Source: Patescibacteria group bacterium (GTDB lineage: Bacteria; Patescibacteriota; Minisyncoccia; UBA6257; UBA9933). Taken from it: 64,000 nt of DNA. Positions within the stretch are counted from its first letter, which is position 1. Each line of letters starts with the position of its first letter. Below are positions 61,924-64,000 of the stretch, in pieces. Position numbers and translations under genes: made by a program. The notes under the pieces were generated by a model, which did not search any database, was not told where the DNA came from, and saw only the letters and a list, made by a program, of their open reading frames with translations. The DNA is taken from the NCBI GenBank assembly GCA_038078555.1, contig JBBTYQ010000001.1:156158-220157 (forward strand), written 5' to 3'.

Positions 61924-63774
61924 ATGAATTGGCTTTATCTTGCGATTTTATCTCATTTTTTATTTGCCGTTGTTTTTGCGCTGGACAAAGTTTTAATAAA
62001 AAAAATTATTTCTCCGCTTAAATATGCGCTGATAGTTGGAGCGTTCGAGGGATTAGTTGTAGTACTGATTCCTTTTGTTGATTTTGTCCTGCCCCAAAAT
62101 TCAATAATTCTTCTGGCTCTTTTAAGCGGCCTTTGTCTTGGCGTAGGACTTTATTTTTATTTTAAAACACTTTTAAATAACGAAGCCAGCTGGGTGGCGC
62201 CGTTTCTTTTCGGGGCTTTAATACCGATTGCCACTTATATTTTCAGTCGGATTTTTCTAAATGAAGTGTTGACGCTTTTTCAGGCTTTTGCGTTTATTCT
62301 TTTATTGGCTGGCGGTTTTGTAATTTCATTCAGCCGGCAATATAAATTAAGTTCAATTTTTTATCTTATTGTCTCCGCTGTTTTTGTTTCTCTCGGATTT
62401 GTATTTTTAAAAATTGTATTTAACAATACCAATTTTATTTCCGGTTATATTTTATCAAGATTGGGAGGATTTTTAGTGGCCACCATTATTTATTTTGTTG
62501 TTTATGGGCGCGGATTAAAGTTTAAACAAATTTTTGAAGCAAAAAGCCGTTTTGAAAAAGGCAAAAAATTCATTTGGGAATTTATTTGGAATCAGTTAAG
62601 CGGCCTTGTTGCGTTGAAGCAATTTTTGGCTTTTGTCGCCAATATTATTTTACTTTATGCGGTTTCTATCGGAAATTTAACTTTAATAAATGGTTTGGGT
62701 GGAATTAGATACGCATTTTTAATAATTTTAGCCGCTTTTATGGCCAGAAAATGGCCGAATTTAATGGATGAAAAATTATCCTTTTGGATGATTTTAAGAA
62801 AATCAATCGCGGTTTTGTTGATAATTATTGGCGTCTTGATTTTATTGATTAAGCCGTCGCAAACTACGGGCGCAAAAATTTGGGGTGCGGATTTTTCTTC
62901 TTTGTACGCCAATCAATTAGGGCTAGACAGCCGGCAGGCTTTGCTGGAAATTATCGATGATTTAAAGATTAGAGATTTTCGCCTTAACGCTCATTGGTCG
63001 GAAATTGAAAAAAATGAAAATAATTATGATTTTTCCGAGCTTGATTTTCAGATAGATGAAATTGAAGCGTCGGGCGGCAAAATTATTTTAGCAGTTGGCA
63101 AAAGGTTGCCAAGATGGCCGGAATGCCACGAGCCCGAATGGGTTAAAAATTATGAAACAGAAAATAAGAATAGTGCATTATTAAAATATATTGAAATAAC
63201 CATTGATCGCTATAAAAACAGAAAAGCGATTTGGGCATGGCAGGTGGAAAATGAGCCGTTTTTGTGGGGTTTTGGCGAATGTCCGAGAACTGATGATGAA
63301 TTTTTTGATAAAGAAATTTCTTTAGTTAAAGGATTAGATAATACAAGGCCAATTATTATTACCGATAGCGGAGAATTTGGTTTCTGGCACAGAGCTTACA
63401 AGCGGGCTGATATTTTTGGGACAACAATGTATAGGGTAGTTTATTCAAATCTATTAGGCGATTATTTGAAGTATCCGATTGGACCCGATTATTTTAAAAC
63501 AAAAGCGGCTATAATGGAAAATTTATTCGGTAAAAAAGAAATTATTAATATTGAGCTTCAGGCCGAGCCGTGGCTTCAAAAACGGCCGCCCGACGTGCCG
63601 CTTGAAGAACAACTGAAAGTTTTTAGTTTAAGCCAGCTTCAAGAGAACATTGAATACGCCAAAGCTGTGGGATTTGAAAAAAATTATCTCTGGGGTATTG
63701 AATGGGCTTACTGGATGAAGGAAAAACAAAATCATCCGGAGTTTTGGGAGGAGGCGAAGAAATTATTTGATTGA
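61924..63774 (+). CDS. fusion of a ~10-TM EamA-like membrane domain with a C-terminal TIM-barrel glycoside-hydrolase-like domain
   Basis: The first roughly 300 aa are hydrophobic repeats. The C-terminal half has WAWQVENEP (a GH clan-A acid/base-like motif) and a later E in IELQAEPW. Confidence 0.6.
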   Translation: MNWLYLAILSHFLFAVVFALDKVLIKKIISPLKYALIVGAFEGLVVVLIPFVDFVLPQNSIILLALLSGLCLGVGLYFYFKTLLNNEASWVAPFLFGALIPIATYIFSRIFLNEVLTLFQAFAFILLLAGGFVISFSRQYKLSSIFYLIVSAVFVSLGFVFLKIVFNNTNFISGYILSRLGGFLVATIIYFVVYGRGLKFKQIFEAKSRFEKGKKFIWEFIWNQLSGLVALKQFLAFVANIILLYAVSIGNLTLINGLGGIRYAFLIILAAFMARKWPNLMDEKLSFWMILRKSIAVLLIIIGVLILLIKPSQTTGAKIWGADFSSLYANQLGLDSRQALLEIIDDLKIRDFRLNAHWSEIEKNENNYDFSELDFQIDEIEASGGKIILAVGKRLPRWPECHEPEWVKNYETENKNSALLKYIEITIDRYKNRKAIWAWQVENEPFLWGFGECPRTDDEFFDKEISLVKGLDNTRPIIITDSGEFGFWHRAYKRADIFGTTMYRVVYSNLLGDYLKYPIGPDYFKTKAAIMENLFGKKEIINIELQAEPWLQKRPPDVPLEEQLKVFSLSQLQENIEYAKAVGFEKNYLWGIEWAYWMKEKQNHPEFWEEAKKLFD

Positions 63775-63838
63775 CAATAAGTTAATCAAGGGTTAATTTA
63801 GTAAAAGAAAATCAAAAAAAAATAGAGGGAGATTGTGT

Positions 63839-64000
63839 ATGAAAAAGTTTACTCTGTGCATAATCTATAAAAGCGATAAAGTGTTGTTGGGGTTAAAAAA
63901 GCGTGGGTTTGGAGAAGGCATATGGAATGGTTTTGGCGGAAAAGTAGAAGAAGGGGAATCTGAAGAAAATGCCGTAAAAAGGGAAATTAAAGAAGAAACT
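63839..64000 (+). CDS. Nudix hydrolase (MutT-like), 3' end outside window
   Basis: GAGGGAGattgtgtATG SD. The translation MKKFTLCIIYKSDKVLLGLKKRGFGEGIWNGFGGKVEEGESEENAVKREIKEET contains an intact Nudix box. Confidence 0.8.
   Translation, partial: MKKFTLCIIYKSDKVLLGLKKRGFGEGIWNGFGGKVEEGESEENAVKREIKEET

Noticed and set aside
1-64000. Looked for transposases, integrases, phage genes, CRISPR-cas, toxin-antitoxin pairs, reverse transcriptase/DGR components, and rRNA or tRNA genes.
   Set aside because: None was recognised in any frame. The only RNA gene found is tmRNA.

Overview
This is an AT-rich, gene-dense bacterial window. The gene content suggests a Patescibacteria/CPR (Parcubacteria-like) genome: many tiny membrane and zinc-ribbon ORFs, DUF5667-like and lamin-tail surface proteins, a membrane-anchored Clp-type ATPase, PolX, five Nudix genes, and core genes without Shine-Dalgarno sites. 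That placement is an inference and is unverified. All annotation comes from reading the translations and DNA by eye. No BLAST, HMM or folding was run.

Positions 1-33.2 kb form one large surface-glycan locus. It holds about 10 glycosyltransferases, two Wzx-type flippases, an initiating phosphoglycosyl transferase, a carbamoyltransferase and a methyltransferase. It also holds a nucleotide-sugar tailoring block: rfbF, a 4,6-dehydratase, a His-for-Lys ColD/E1-type 3-dehydratase, an ALS-like ThDP enzyme, a NeuB-SAF-cupin fusion, four radical-SAM enzymes, a HAD hydrolase, an SDR and Nudix-like proteins.

Positions 33.4-64 kb are mostly housekeeping: trxB, gap, clpP, polX, infC-rpmI-rplT, ssrA (tmRNA), smpB, argS and ileS, plus glycoside hydrolases.

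The observations most worth follow-up are:
1. One terminator-promoter-leader module is repeated five times. Each copy drives a single tailoring gene (three radical-SAM genes, the NeuB-cupin gene, a Nudix-like gene).
2. IleRS carries a complete histidine-phosphatase domain nested in its catalytic body.
3. Short GC-rich hairpin elements occur in UTRs and also in frame inside argS, gap, a GH1 gene and possibly polX.
4. A GC-rich multi-hairpin element of about 130 nt lies between the Nudix gene and rplT.
5. Four small Cys-rich genes sit in tandem next to smpB-ssrA. One of them is absent from the ORF track.
6. A membrane-anchored Clp/Hsp100-like ATPase has a degenerate first ATPase module.

No CRISPR array, transposase, integrase, rRNA or tRNA gene was seen.
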